A DNA stretch of 24,000 nucleotides from an uncultured Nitrososphaerota archaeon (GTDB taxonomy: Archaea > Thermoproteota > Nitrososphaeria > Conexivisphaerales > DTJL01). Each line of letters begins with the position of its first letter. Within the stretch, counting starts at the first letter, position 1. Below are positions 7,838-15,342 of this stretch, piece after piece. A model generated the notes under the pieces. The model was not told where the DNA came from and did not search any database. It saw only the letters and a list, made by a program, of their open reading frames with translations. The position numbers and the translations under genes are program-made. The stretch covers positions 239,429 to 263,428 of the forward strand of contig CAWJIE010000004.1 in assembly GCA_963842885.1 (NCBI GenBank). Direction: 5' to 3'.

Positions 7838-8711
7838 TTAAGCCTTGTTGGACAGGCTCTTCGCATAGGCCACCAGGCTCCTGCAGACATCGGCCATGAA
7901 CGCGTAGTTCAACCCGTCTGGAGCGTCTGAAGGGGCGTGATAGCCGGAGTACCTTGAGGCTCCGGTGTCAGTCAGCAACAGTGCCTGGTATCCGTTGGCC
8001 CAGAACGTAGCTTGATCCCCCCTGAGTCCTTCGGGGGAGGTTTCGCCCTTGCCGGGCAAGATGACAGGGAAAATGGAGAGGCTGGCGACGGACGCCTTGT
8101 TGGAAGCGGAGAAGGTATCGGCCAGGCCCTTTGTCGCTTTCACAACCTACAACCGCAAGGAAGTCTCCTTCGGCTGGCAGCGCGACTGTTAGTCCCTCCG
8201 GGGTAGACTGTTTCATCTGGCCAGCCACGCCGACCGAATCAAGACAGATTGCCGCGCTGACGGGGATGCCCCTGGACTTCATGTTCGCCACCAGCCTTTC
8301 GCTGCCTCTCAGGCTGGACCCCTGCCACAGCTCTTTCATCGAGACCGCTGCGAAGAAGACGCGTACGGGAATCCCCGAGCTACCTATGAGCCTGCTGGCC
8401 TCCAGCATGACGGCCACCCCGCTGGCGTTGTCCCCAGCGCCGGGAGATTTGTCCACGGTATCGTAATGAGCGACGACGACCAGCGTCGGCGGGATGTGGA
8501 AACCTGCCGCCTTCTCACCCACTACGTTATGGAAGACGAGTTTCCCCGACCTCCAGCTCTGGTCCAACATGTAGCAGCCGCTCTCCATCATCTGATTCCA
8601 GATGTAGCCTCTAGCCTTTTCCAGTCCCTTCGGATTCGAATCCAGATGGCGCACGAAGTACAGGCTGGCGACATGAGACTTCAAGCGATCGAGAGAGACG
8701 TCCTCTGACAA
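7838..8711 (-). pseudogene. M28-family (aminopeptidase-like) peptidase interrupted by a frameshift near 8142-8154
   Basis: The upstream ORF (7968..8711) carries VVAHYDTV and PGAGDNASGVAVMLEASR (M28 metal ligands) and ICLDSVG. The downstream ORF (7838..8143, another frame) carries FWANGYQALLLTDTG..YHAPSDAPDGLNY, the C-terminal M28 His motif. The frames switch at GCGGTTGTAGGTTGTG on the gene strand. Joined length is ~291 aa. Confidence 0.8.
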
Positions 8712-8737
8712 AATCGTTCAACAAATGCCTATGGAAA

Positions 8738-8752
8738 TGAAAAATAAAAACC
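8738..8752 (-). terminator. Oligo-T tract (TTTTTATTTTT on the minus strand) downstream of the molybdoenzyme large subunit; may also serve as an AT-rich promoter element for the M28 gene
   Basis: The plus strand reads gaaaaataaaaacc, so the minus strand has T5-A-T5 about 25 nt after the stop at 8777. Archaeal RNA polymerase terminates at oligo-T runs. The tract also sits ~30 nt upstream of the TTG start at 8711. Confidence 0.4.
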
Positions 8753-8776
8753 TTGGGCTGAAATGCGGTGCCTTCA

Positions 8777-10786
8777 CTATCGAGGCAGGAGCTCATCCTG
8801 ATGGACAGGGGTCCTCTGAAGTCTCCTTCCGAGGACCTTCTCGAGGGCCCTGATAACGGCTGGGGGGAGGCCTGTCGTGGCCATTTCTCCTACGCCCTTG
8901 ACGCGGAGCGCCTCCGAGGGTGGATGCTCCGCGAACCTAACAACGACGCGAGGGATTGATGATGCCAACGGGAGGCCAGCATCGGCCAAAGTTCCGGTTA
9001 TCAGCTGTCCCTCCTCGCTGTACCAAGACTCCTCAGAGAGCGCCTGCCCGATTCCCTGGGCAGAACCGCCGACGACCTGCGCTTCTGCGTTTTCCTTGTC
9101 AAGCACCTTCCCTATGTCATAGAAGGCGAGACACTCCTCAACCTTCGCCTCCCCTGTTTCGCTCAGGGAAACCCTGACCAGGTTGGCTCCCAGGGAGCTG
9201 ACGGGCTCGTTCATGTAATGAAAGACCTTGACATCGAAATCATGCTTCAGAAGCTCGTCGGGGGAGTTGGCTCCCACCTTCTTCGCCTGTTGCCGGATCT
9301 TCCCCGCAGCCTCGACCAGCGCCGCACTGGCCACTATGGCCGTCCTGCTCCCCCATGTGCCGACTCCTTCGTCCAGCTCATCCGTGTCACACGGCTCCAG
9401 CTTCACCGCTGACTCGGGGATTCCAAGCTCTTCCTTCAGCACCTCTCTGACCATAACCTCGTGTCGCTGCCCGCTCTGGCCGCCTCCGATCCAGACCCTG
9501 ACCGAACCTCCCTTGATGGCTACCCTCGCTGACTCGCCAGGCTGCACGGCTGACAACAATATGAAACAGGAGAATCCAATATCCTTCTCCTTAGCCCGGC
9601 TCCAATACCCCAGCTGCTCAGCCGCCGTAGTGAGGAATGGTTTGAGGGGGTCAACCTTCAGACCCAGCGGCGAGACGAACTGCTTCGAGCTGGCGTTCCT
9701 AAGCCTAATCTCAACTGGGTCCTGCCTCAATTCGTCCGCCAGCAAGTCCATCATCCTCTCTATGAAGAAAGCTGCTTCGGGCCTTCCTGCGCCCCGATAT
9801 GGCCCCAAGGGGACCTTGTTGGTGTAGACCGAGGCGGCATTGATGTACGCCTTCCCTATCGAGTAGGGGCCGGTCAGCAGGTACCCGATGAACATCGGAG
9901 CCGATGAACCCATTCCGCTAGCAAATGCCCCGTTATCGACGAGCACATCCGCCTTGAGCCCGCTGACGTGGCCTTCCCTGTCGGCGAACATCTTCATCCG
10001 AGCCCGCGCCCCCCGACCTTGGTTGGTGGCGAGAAGATGCTCCGACCTGGTCTCCACCCACTTCACTGGCTTTCGCGTCTTAATCGCCGCATAGCAGGCG
10101 ACGGCGTATTCCGGGTAGAGGGAACTCTTGGCCCCGAAAGCACCTCCGGTATCCATCTGGATGACCCTCACGGCTTCCGCGGGAAGCTGCATGACGTCAC
10201 AGATGGCCTCCTTCCATGTGTGAACGGATTGGGTCGAAGCCCATACGGTGAGCCTGGAGCCGTCGTAGCGGGCGACCATGCCGCGGGGCTCCATGGGATT
10301 GGGGGATATCCTGGCATTGACCAGGACGTCCTCCAAGACGATGGGAGAGTCATCGATGAAATCCTCTCCTAGCTGCACTTCGTTGACGATGTTGGACTTG
10401 ATGCTGGGATGGATGGGCTCGAATGTCCTGGCCTCTTCGGGGTTGATAAGGGGCTTGAGCGGCTCGTAGTCGACTTCGACCTCATCCAGGAGGTCCTCGG
10501 CCTCATAAGGGTCCTTCCCCAGGACGGCCGCGACGGACTGGCCGGAGTAGCTTACGTACTCGGTCGGCAGGGCGGGATATGCGACTGACACGGGACCTCC
10601 CCAGGCGCCCTCACCGACAGAGACGATGTTCGCCTTGAACTCCGAGCCGGTTATACCGCCTTTGACCTTCAGGATGCGTGCCCTGGCGTAGGGGCTCCGC
10701 ACCATCTTGAGGTGAAGCATCCCTTCCAGCTTCAGATCGTCGACGAACCTCCCATTCCCCGAAAGGAACTTGTCCGATTCTCTCAA
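8777..10786 (-). CDS. Xanthine dehydrogenase / aerobic CO-dehydrogenase family molybdopterin-binding large subunit (CoxL-like)
   Basis: N-terminal a/b-hammerhead signature GRFVDDLKLEGMLHLKMVRSPYARARI. Molybdopterin-binding regions follow (GGAFGAKS, YRGAGRPEAAFFIERMMD, GQSGQRHEV, GVGEMATTG). No form-I CODH VAYRCSFR loop was seen, so the substrate is unknown. Confidence 0.92.
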   Translation of the reverse strand: MRESDKFLSGNGRFVDDLKLEGMLHLKMVRSPYARARILKVKGGITGSEFKANIVSVGEGAWGGPVSVAYPALPTEYVSYSGQSVAAVLGKDPYEAEDLLDEVEVDYEPLKPLINPEEARTFEPIHPSIKSNIVNEVQLGEDFIDDSPIVLEDVLVNARISPNPMEPRGMVARYDGSRLTVWASTQSVHTWKEAICDVMQLPAEAVRVIQMDTGGAFGAKSSLYPEYAVACYAAIKTRKPVKWVETRSEHLLATNQGRGARARMKMFADREGHVSGLKADVLVDNGAFASGMGSSAPMFIGYLLTGPYSIGKAYINAASVYTNKVPLGPYRGAGRPEAAFFIERMMDLLADELRQDPVEIRLRNASSKQFVSPLGLKVDPLKPFLTTAAEQLGYWSRAKEKDIGFSCFILLSAVQPGESARVAIKGGSVRVWIGGGQSGQRHEVMVREVLKEELGIPESAVKLEPCDTDELDEGVGTWGSRTAIVASAALVEAAGKIRQQAKKVGANSPDELLKHDFDVKVFHYMNEPVSSLGANLVRVSLSETGEAKVEECLAFYDIGKVLDKENAEAQVVGGSAQGIGQALSEESWYSEEGQLITGTLADAGLPLASSIPRVVVRFAEHPPSEALRVKGVGEMATTGLPPAVIRALEKVLGRRLQRTPVHQDELLPR

Positions 10787-11094
10787 GCTAGGCCTTCACC
10801 CCCGAGTGGGCGACGGGGTGAGAGAGGTCCAGCGTTCCCCTGCGCCGACGATCGACTTCTTTCGGCATCTTCTCACGGATGGAACGTCCCAATGACGTGT
10901 AGCGCTCTGCCAACGTCTTCTCGTGTTGGCCTTGGAGGGTAGTTAAGGATTAGCGCGTTCTCGATGTCGCGCATCTCAGCCGCCAGGATGCTGGGCGACG
11001 TCAGGAAACCCGTATTAGACCATCGGCCGGAGGGAAGCAGGATAGGATTTGGAGTTCGGAGGGATCCGAGCTCATACATGCGAAGAGGGAGGAG

Positions 11095-11502
11095 GTGTTC
11101 GATTTCATGGTTGACGCTCGGCATTTCTCCTCTGGGATCCCCGACATTCAGTCCGTCAGGGTCCTCAGCCCCGACAGGTTCAGTGTGACGGCTAAGCTCG
11201 GCATATCCGTCATCAGGTCGACGTTCGACATCGATTTCGAAGCTTCCGAGAAGACGGCGCCGTCACACGTCAAGCTGCTCGGACATGGCATCAGCGGAGG
11301 CAGCGCTTTGGACCTCGAATTGACGATCGACCTGGAAGATCGAAGCCCGTACACGGCTCTGAAGTGGATTGCCGTGGTCAGAGTTTCAGGGACCTTGGCC
11401 GCTCTGGGACAGAGGGTGCTCAGCGCTGTCGCCGACAGATTTGTGAGGGAGGTCTTCGGCAAGATACGTGCCGAGCTTGAAACCCCTGGCACGCAGGTCT
11501 GA
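11095..11502 (+). CDS. coxG: CoxG-like SRPBCC-fold protein (carbon monoxide dehydrogenase subunit G family); start uncertain
   Basis: FDFMVDARHFSSGIPDIQSVRVLSPDRFSVTAKL...ALKWIAVVRVSGTLAALGQRVLSAVADRFVREVFGKIRAEL matches the CoxG pattern (V-W-x-F-L-x-D, C-I-P-G-x-E-S-V, V-x-G-K-L-A-x-L-G). Similarity seems to continue upstream (EGSELIHAKREEV) where no canonical in-frame start exists. The coordinates use the first GTG. Confidence 0.7.
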   Translation: MFDFMVDARHFSSGIPDIQSVRVLSPDRFSVTAKLGISVIRSTFDIDFEASEKTAPSHVKLLGHGISGGSALDLELTIDLEDRSPYTALKWIAVVRVSGTLAALGQRVLSAVADRFVREVFGKIRAELETPGTQV

Positions 11503-11532
11503 GATAGGGCCTTCAGGAGTCCGATCGGCATC

Positions 11533-12030
11533 CTAATCGTCGGCAGGCTTCCGGGATCTGGAGCCTCCACCGCTCTCCCGTACTGCAGAGGCCTGAATGA
11601 TTGCTTGGACTATATTCGCGTATCCTGTGCACCGGCAGATGTTGCCCGAGATGGCCTTCCGGACCGAGTCCTCGTCCAGCTTGGAGTTCCTTGACAGCAA
11701 GTTGTATGAAGTCATCAGTAGTCCGGGGGTGCAGTAGCCGCACTGCACGGCAAGGCACTCGGAGAACGCCTTCTGCAGCGGATGAAAGCCCTCGTCGGTT
11801 GCAAGGCCCTCCGCGGTCAGGATGGAGGAGCCGTCGGCCTGGACGCCCAGCAGCAGACAGGACTTCACGGCGTTTCCGTCCAATATCACAGTGCAGGCGC
11901 CGCACCTCCCCTCATCGCACCCTTGATGCACGCTGAGGAACCCAAGGTCTCGGAGCACGTCCACAAGCAGGGTTCGGGGCGATGGGTCGACGTCTTGGAG
12001 CTTGCCGTTGACGGTGAGCTTGATATGCAT
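11533..12030 (-). CDS. coxS: [2Fe-2S]-binding small subunit of the XDH/CoxS family
   Basis: Plant-type ferredoxin motif CDEGRCGACTV plus the second cluster motif QCGYCTPG...CRCTGY. 165 aa, typical size. Confidence 0.95.
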   Translation of the reverse strand: MHIKLTVNGKLQDVDPSPRTLLVDVLRDLGFLSVHQGCDEGRCGACTVILDGNAVKSCLLLGVQADGSSILTAEGLATDEGFHPLQKAFSECLAVQCGYCTPGLLMTSYNLLSRNSKLDEDSVRKAISGNICRCTGYANIVQAIIQASAVRESGGGSRSRKPADD

Positions 12031-12899
12031 TCAGACGCCTCCAAATGCAGAAAGGAGGGCGCGCCTGGCGGCCAGGGATGCCATCTCGCGCCGGTAGGCC
12101 GCCCGGACCCTTGAATCAACCAGGGGTTCCCGAAGGTTGGAGCCAACGGCCTTGGCGGCTTCGAGGAGCGTCTCCTTTGACAACGTCTTGCCTACCAAGA
12201 TGCCCTCGGCTTCGGTCAGCCGGACCGGGATGGCCGTGGCGGCACCGACGACTATGGTGGCCGATTCGCAGACGGAGGCGTGAGCTTCCAGCAACACCGC
12301 CGCGATGGCCGTCGCGAAGCTTCCTCCCTGGCCGTGAATGACTTCGTAGCCCCAGGGAATCCCAAAGGGCTTCGGAATCCTGATCTCGGTGAGTATCTCG
12401 TCGGGGCCAAAGCATTTGTGAACATCTCCTTGAAGAAATCGGCCGCCCTAATCACCCTCTTTCCCCCAGCACCGGTGGCGACCAGCTCGGCGCCCAAGGC
12501 AACAACGGCAGGCAAGTAGTGGGCGGCGGGATCGGCGTGGCAGAGGCTGCCACCAATGGTGCCCCTGTTTCTGACCTGATAGTCGCCGATGTCCTCCGCA
12601 GCCTTCGCCAGCATGGGACATCGAGCCCTTACGACTTCAGATGTGGAGAGCTCGTGATGCGTGGTCAGGGCTCCTATGGAGATCCCATCTTGGTTTTCCC
12701 TTACGTACGACAGCTTCCCCCTGAGGTGCTTGCCGATATCGACCAACATGGCGGGGCTGACCAGCCTGAACCTCATCAAGGGCAACAGGCTCTGGCCGCC
12801 TGCGATCACCTTCGCCCGGTCCGGATTCTCGACGATCAGGTGAAGCGCGTCTTCGATGGTGGCTGGCGCATAATACTCAAAGGCCTTTGGATAGGGCAT
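12031..12899 (-). pseudogene. coxM: FAD-binding medium subunit of the XDH/CoxM family, split by a 1-nt frame disruption near 12403-12406
   Basis: The N-part (12252..12899) carries AGGQSLLP and RNRGTIGGSL, then FFKEMFTNALAP. The expected continuation DEILTEIRIPKPFGIPWGYEVIHGQGGSFATAIAAVLLEA...VRAAYRREMASLAARRALL is in another frame (ending 12031). One extra C in the CCCC run (gene strand) would give LAPDEILTEI in a single frame. Confidence 0.85.
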
Positions 12900-13046
12900 G
12901 TCCTGCGCGTCGGCATGATTCCGGACGACCCTTTAGACCTTATCCCGGGAATAGCACTGGTTTCCGTCGGACAAGTCTCGACGGCGAACGTGGAGGTCTG
13001 TAGTTTGGGCCAAGCTTAATAGCCGCAGTCGTGAGATTTCAGACCC

Positions 13047-13205
13047 ATGCCAGTCTGCGACGTCTGCGGCAAGGTCGTGAGCAGCCTGCGCAAGCACAAA
13101 GAAAGGGGGCGCTGCGGCAAGAAGGGGGCCAAGAAGGTCGCCGGCCCGATGCCCGGGAGCCCGCAGGAGACCCTTGCAAGATACAGCCGACTGGGCGGGC
13201 GTTAG
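13047..13205 (+). CDS. Candidate 52-aa basic protein with a C-x2-C-x9-H-x5-C zinc-finger-like motif (below the ORF-track size cutoff)
   Basis: ATG at 13047, TAG at 13203-13205. Translation: MPVCDVCGKVVSSLRKHKERGRCGKKGAKKVAGPMPGSPQETLARYSRLGGR. CDVCGK...LRKH recalls C2H2-type fingers. It lies in the divergent intergenic region next to coxM. There is no homology support and the ORF could be fortuitous. Confidence 0.3.
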   Translation: MPVCDVCGKVVSSLRKHKERGRCGKKGAKKVAGPMPGSPQETLARYSRLGGR

Positions 13206-13306
13206 TGCCCTCCCATCGTTTCGACGGTTCCGGAGCTATCGACTGGAAGGCGTAATGGCTGATCAGATTCCTGACGGATAGTCATGAACCTATCTGACTG
13301 AAGAGA

Positions 13307-13401
13307 TGGTAGCGAGGAGTGGATTTGAACCACTGCTCTGCGGGTGTCTCAACCATCGGTTTATGAGCCCGCCGGGATAGGCCTGGCTTCCCCACCTCGC
13401 T
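13307..13401 (-). tRNA. Initiator-type tRNA-Met (CAU) with a 16-nt intron at the canonical 37/38 position, CCA encoded
   Basis: The reverse complement reads AGCGAGG-TG-GGGA-AGCCAGGCCTA-TCCC-G-GCGGG-CTCATA[AACCGATGGTTGAGAC]A-CCCGC-AGAGC-AGTGG-TTCAAAT-CCACT-CCTCGCT-A-CCA. The A1:U72 pair and G29-31:C39-41 are initiator hallmarks. The intron (13346-13361) forms a bulge-helix-bulge: central helix CUCA/UGAG, 3-nt bulges UA|A and AC|A, inner helix ACC/GGU. Confidence 0.9.
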
Positions 13402-13460
13402 AAGAATGACTATTCAAGGTTTGCCAATCGTTCGGTATTAAAGTTTTGTGGAGCTGCCCG

Positions 13461-14768
13461 TCAGAGTTCGTAGGGCAGCGTCGCAGGCTTGCTAAGATGG
13501 CGTCGAGCTCGGGGCGGAACGGCGTAGAGTCCAGGAGAGATGGCTCTCTCGAGCTTCACCTTGATTGGCTGCAACGACATGGACTTGAATTTGCAGGCTG
13601 GGCACTGGAATCCCTTCCCCTTGCCTTCCGATTTCATGGTCTTCCCGCACTCGGGGCAGCCGGGATTCCTCGTGACCTCCAAGGTGGTCAGGGAGAGGAC
13701 CTCCATCTTCTCGACGTTGATGGTCAGAGGGGTGACCGGTTTCTCCTTGACGCCGCCATAGACTCTCACAGCATCGCCGGGCACAAGCGCCCTGCCGACG
13801 TCTCTGAAGCCCCTAGTGGGCTCGTAGATGGCACAGTCGACGGAGCCGCTGTCGTCTTTTATCCTGAATATCAGGTGGCCGCCGCGGATGACATGGGGCT
13901 TGGCGCACACGATGCCGGAGACCTTGACGGTGGTCAGAGGCGTTATCTTCCCAGCCTTGGCGTCGGAGATGTGGGCGTCGGTGGCTTGATTGGTTTCGTA
14001 AATCTGGAAGCGTTCGACGGGCTGAAGTGGCTTCACCAAGCTGAAGGCTCGCTCCAGATAGTGCGGTTTGAATGCTCGAATGCCGAAGTAGACCGGGCAG
14101 GGAGTGTGCGGCATTATCCTGACCTCGCCGGTGTTCTTGTCCAGGTTGTCGAAGGTGAAGGGGTAGGTGGCGTCGTTCATGGCAACTATGGACCCCAGCT
14201 CCATCTCTCTCCGGGTCCCGACGAACTGGGGGGTGCGATAGGCTATCAGCTCGTATGTGCGGCCGTATTCCAACCGGTTGCCTATCGCGGCTAGGGCGCC
14301 GATGATGCCGCGACCCAGCTTGAACTTGTGGACCTCTATTCCCAGCGAGTCCGCCACCGCGTCCGCATCCTCGATGGTCATCATCTCCTTGACCACCCGA
14401 GAGGAGAACTCGCCGAGGGAGACTGGTATCTCTTCGCCCACGAAGAAGGCGACGCCAGACTCCGTCCCTTCGTCGTCCAGCATGGCCATCTCCTTGACGC
14501 GTTTGAGGACCAGCTCCTTGATCTGGGGCATGATGGCCGGAGAGGCGCGGAACTTGAACGACAGGGCGGCGTTCCCTCTAGTCTTGAAGGGGCAGTTGGG
14601 GTTCAGTCGGATGAGCCGGGGGAAGCCCTCCAATTCCAGGCCGAAAGTGCTTTCAATCTCGTCGATGAGGACGGCCGCGAGATAAGTCGTGCACATGCCT
14701 TCGGAGGAGTCTGTGTCGTCCAGACCGACATGGAGGAGGGGAAGCAGGGTCTCCTTCTTTGACGCCAA
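13461..14768 (-). CDS. tiaS: tRNA(Ile2) 2-agmatinylcytidine synthetase
   Basis: The N-terminal LHVGLDDTDSSEGMCTTYLAAVL is the TiaS signature. 435 aa with an OB-like middle region and a C-terminal zinc ribbon CPECGKTMKSEGKGKGFQCPACK. TTG start. Confidence 0.92.
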   Translation of the reverse strand: MASKKETLLPLLHVGLDDTDSSEGMCTTYLAAVLIDEIESTFGLELEGFPRLIRLNPNCPFKTRGNAALSFKFRASPAIMPQIKELVLKRVKEMAMLDDEGTESGVAFFVGEEIPVSLGEFSSRVVKEMMTIEDADAVADSLGIEVHKFKLGRGIIGALAAIGNRLEYGRTYELIAYRTPQFVGTRREMELGSIVAMNDATYPFTFDNLDKNTGEVRIMPHTPCPVYFGIRAFKPHYLERAFSLVKPLQPVERFQIYETNQATDAHISDAKAGKITPLTTVKVSGIVCAKPHVIRGGHLIFRIKDDSGSVDCAIYEPTRGFRDVGRALVPGDAVRVYGGVKEKPVTPLTINVEKMEVLSLTTLEVTRNPGCPECGKTMKSEGKGKGFQCPACKFKSMSLQPIKVKLERAISPGLYAVPPRARRHLSKPATLPYEL

Positions 14769-14790
14769 GGGTCGATTCTCCCTCTCCAGT

Positions 14791-14803
14791 ATTGATTATT
14801 TGA
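14791..14803 (-). promoter_or_regulatory. AT-rich TATA-like element upstream of tiaS
   Basis: The minus strand reads TCAAATAATCAAT, 23-35 nt upstream of the TTG start at 14768. This fits an archaeal TATA box driving a leaderless or short-leader mRNA. It is a position and composition argument only. Confidence 0.25.
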
Positions 14804-15105
14804 GCATATGGTTGGGGGAAAAGTCGTCTAACCCTCCCTTATCTGCGTCCGCCCACGCCAGCGCTCCCGGCTTGGTCGATTTCATGCATGTCCAGCGACG
14901 GAGGCTTTGAACTAGCGGTGTGATGATGGGAAAGTGCGGCTGAGGGCTACCAGTGTCATTCATGCTCTCCTCTCAGTGCCTTGGGCTGTCTTGAGCGGAA
15001 GGTTGGCATCCCAAACTTACGTAGATTGGTCAGGAGTGAAAGCTTCCGAGTCATCCTGGTCTTGATCCTCTGCTGTCATGGCGAGACTTGTATGCCGGCC
15101 AAGGC

Positions 15106-15342
15106 GACACTCTTTGACACCCCTTACGGGAGGATTTGCGGCCCACCAGACGACGGGCTGATGATTTCTTTGGCTCGTTAACAGGCTGTCTTGACACCCT
15201 CCCCACGGCACTCAGAGCCTGTATAGTGAGTTTTTTGAGGTGTCAAAAGGTGTCGACAGGGTGCCGGCCAAAGTGTCGACACGGTGTCGACACCCCGTCA
15301 ACAGGGTGTCGCGCAAGAGCCGACACCCGCCATGACGGTGTC
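15106..15342. repeat. Dense array of GTGTC/GACAC half-sites, including tandem GTGTCGACAC palindromes
   Basis: GACAC starts at 15106, 15116, 15193, 15278, 15289 and 15322. GTGTC starts at 15240, 15250, 15273, 15284, 15306 and 15338. GTGTCGACAC occurs at 15273-15282 and 15284-15293 (tandem, 1-nt gap). A 12-bp perfect palindrome GGTGTCGACACC spans 15283-15294. GGGTGTCG (15304-15311) and CGACACCC (15321-15328) form an inverted repeat with a 9-nt spacer. Many copies are extended to RGGGTGTC. Confidence 0.85.

Noticed and set aside
10873-11124. 83-aa minus-strand ORF between coxL and coxG
   Set aside because: It has no family similarity, it overlaps the region where CoxG-like similarity runs on the plus strand, and it has no clear start context.
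12116-12415. 99-aa third-frame ORF spanning the coxM frameshift site
   Set aside because: Its translation (RRDTHRDQDSEAL..) is not CoxM-like, and the other two frames account for the whole FAD-subunit sequence.
13031-13255. 74-aa track ORF in the coxM/tRNA intergenic region
   Set aside because: The product is Arg/Gln/Gly-rich and low-complexity. The overlapping 52-codon frame with a Cys/His motif is a more plausible candidate, though still weak.
13307-13401. The CAU-anticodon tRNA next to tiaS could be tRNA-Ile2, the TiaS substrate
   Set aside because: The A1:U72 pair, the AGCGAGG acceptor and three consecutive G:C pairs at the base of the anticodon stem are initiator features. The archaeal tRNA-Ile2 sequences I recall start with G1:C72 GGGCCC-type acceptors.
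13446-14294. 282-aa plus-strand ORF antisense to tiaS
   Set aside because: It has no recognisable domain and a skewed Gly/Asp/Leu/Ala composition. It fully overlaps tiaS, which is well supported.
14920-14943. C/D box sRNA: GUGAUGA (14920-14926) followed 13 nt later by CUGA (14940-14943)
   Set aside because: Only one box pair is present. No C'/D' or second guide region and no terminal stem could be found, and the spacing is 13 nt rather than the usual 12. It is likely fortuitous.
15106-15342. CRISPR array as an explanation for the repeated GTGTCGACAC units
   Set aside because: The repeat units are only 5-12 bp, irregularly spaced and in both orientations. There are no 25-40-bp spacers and no cas genes.
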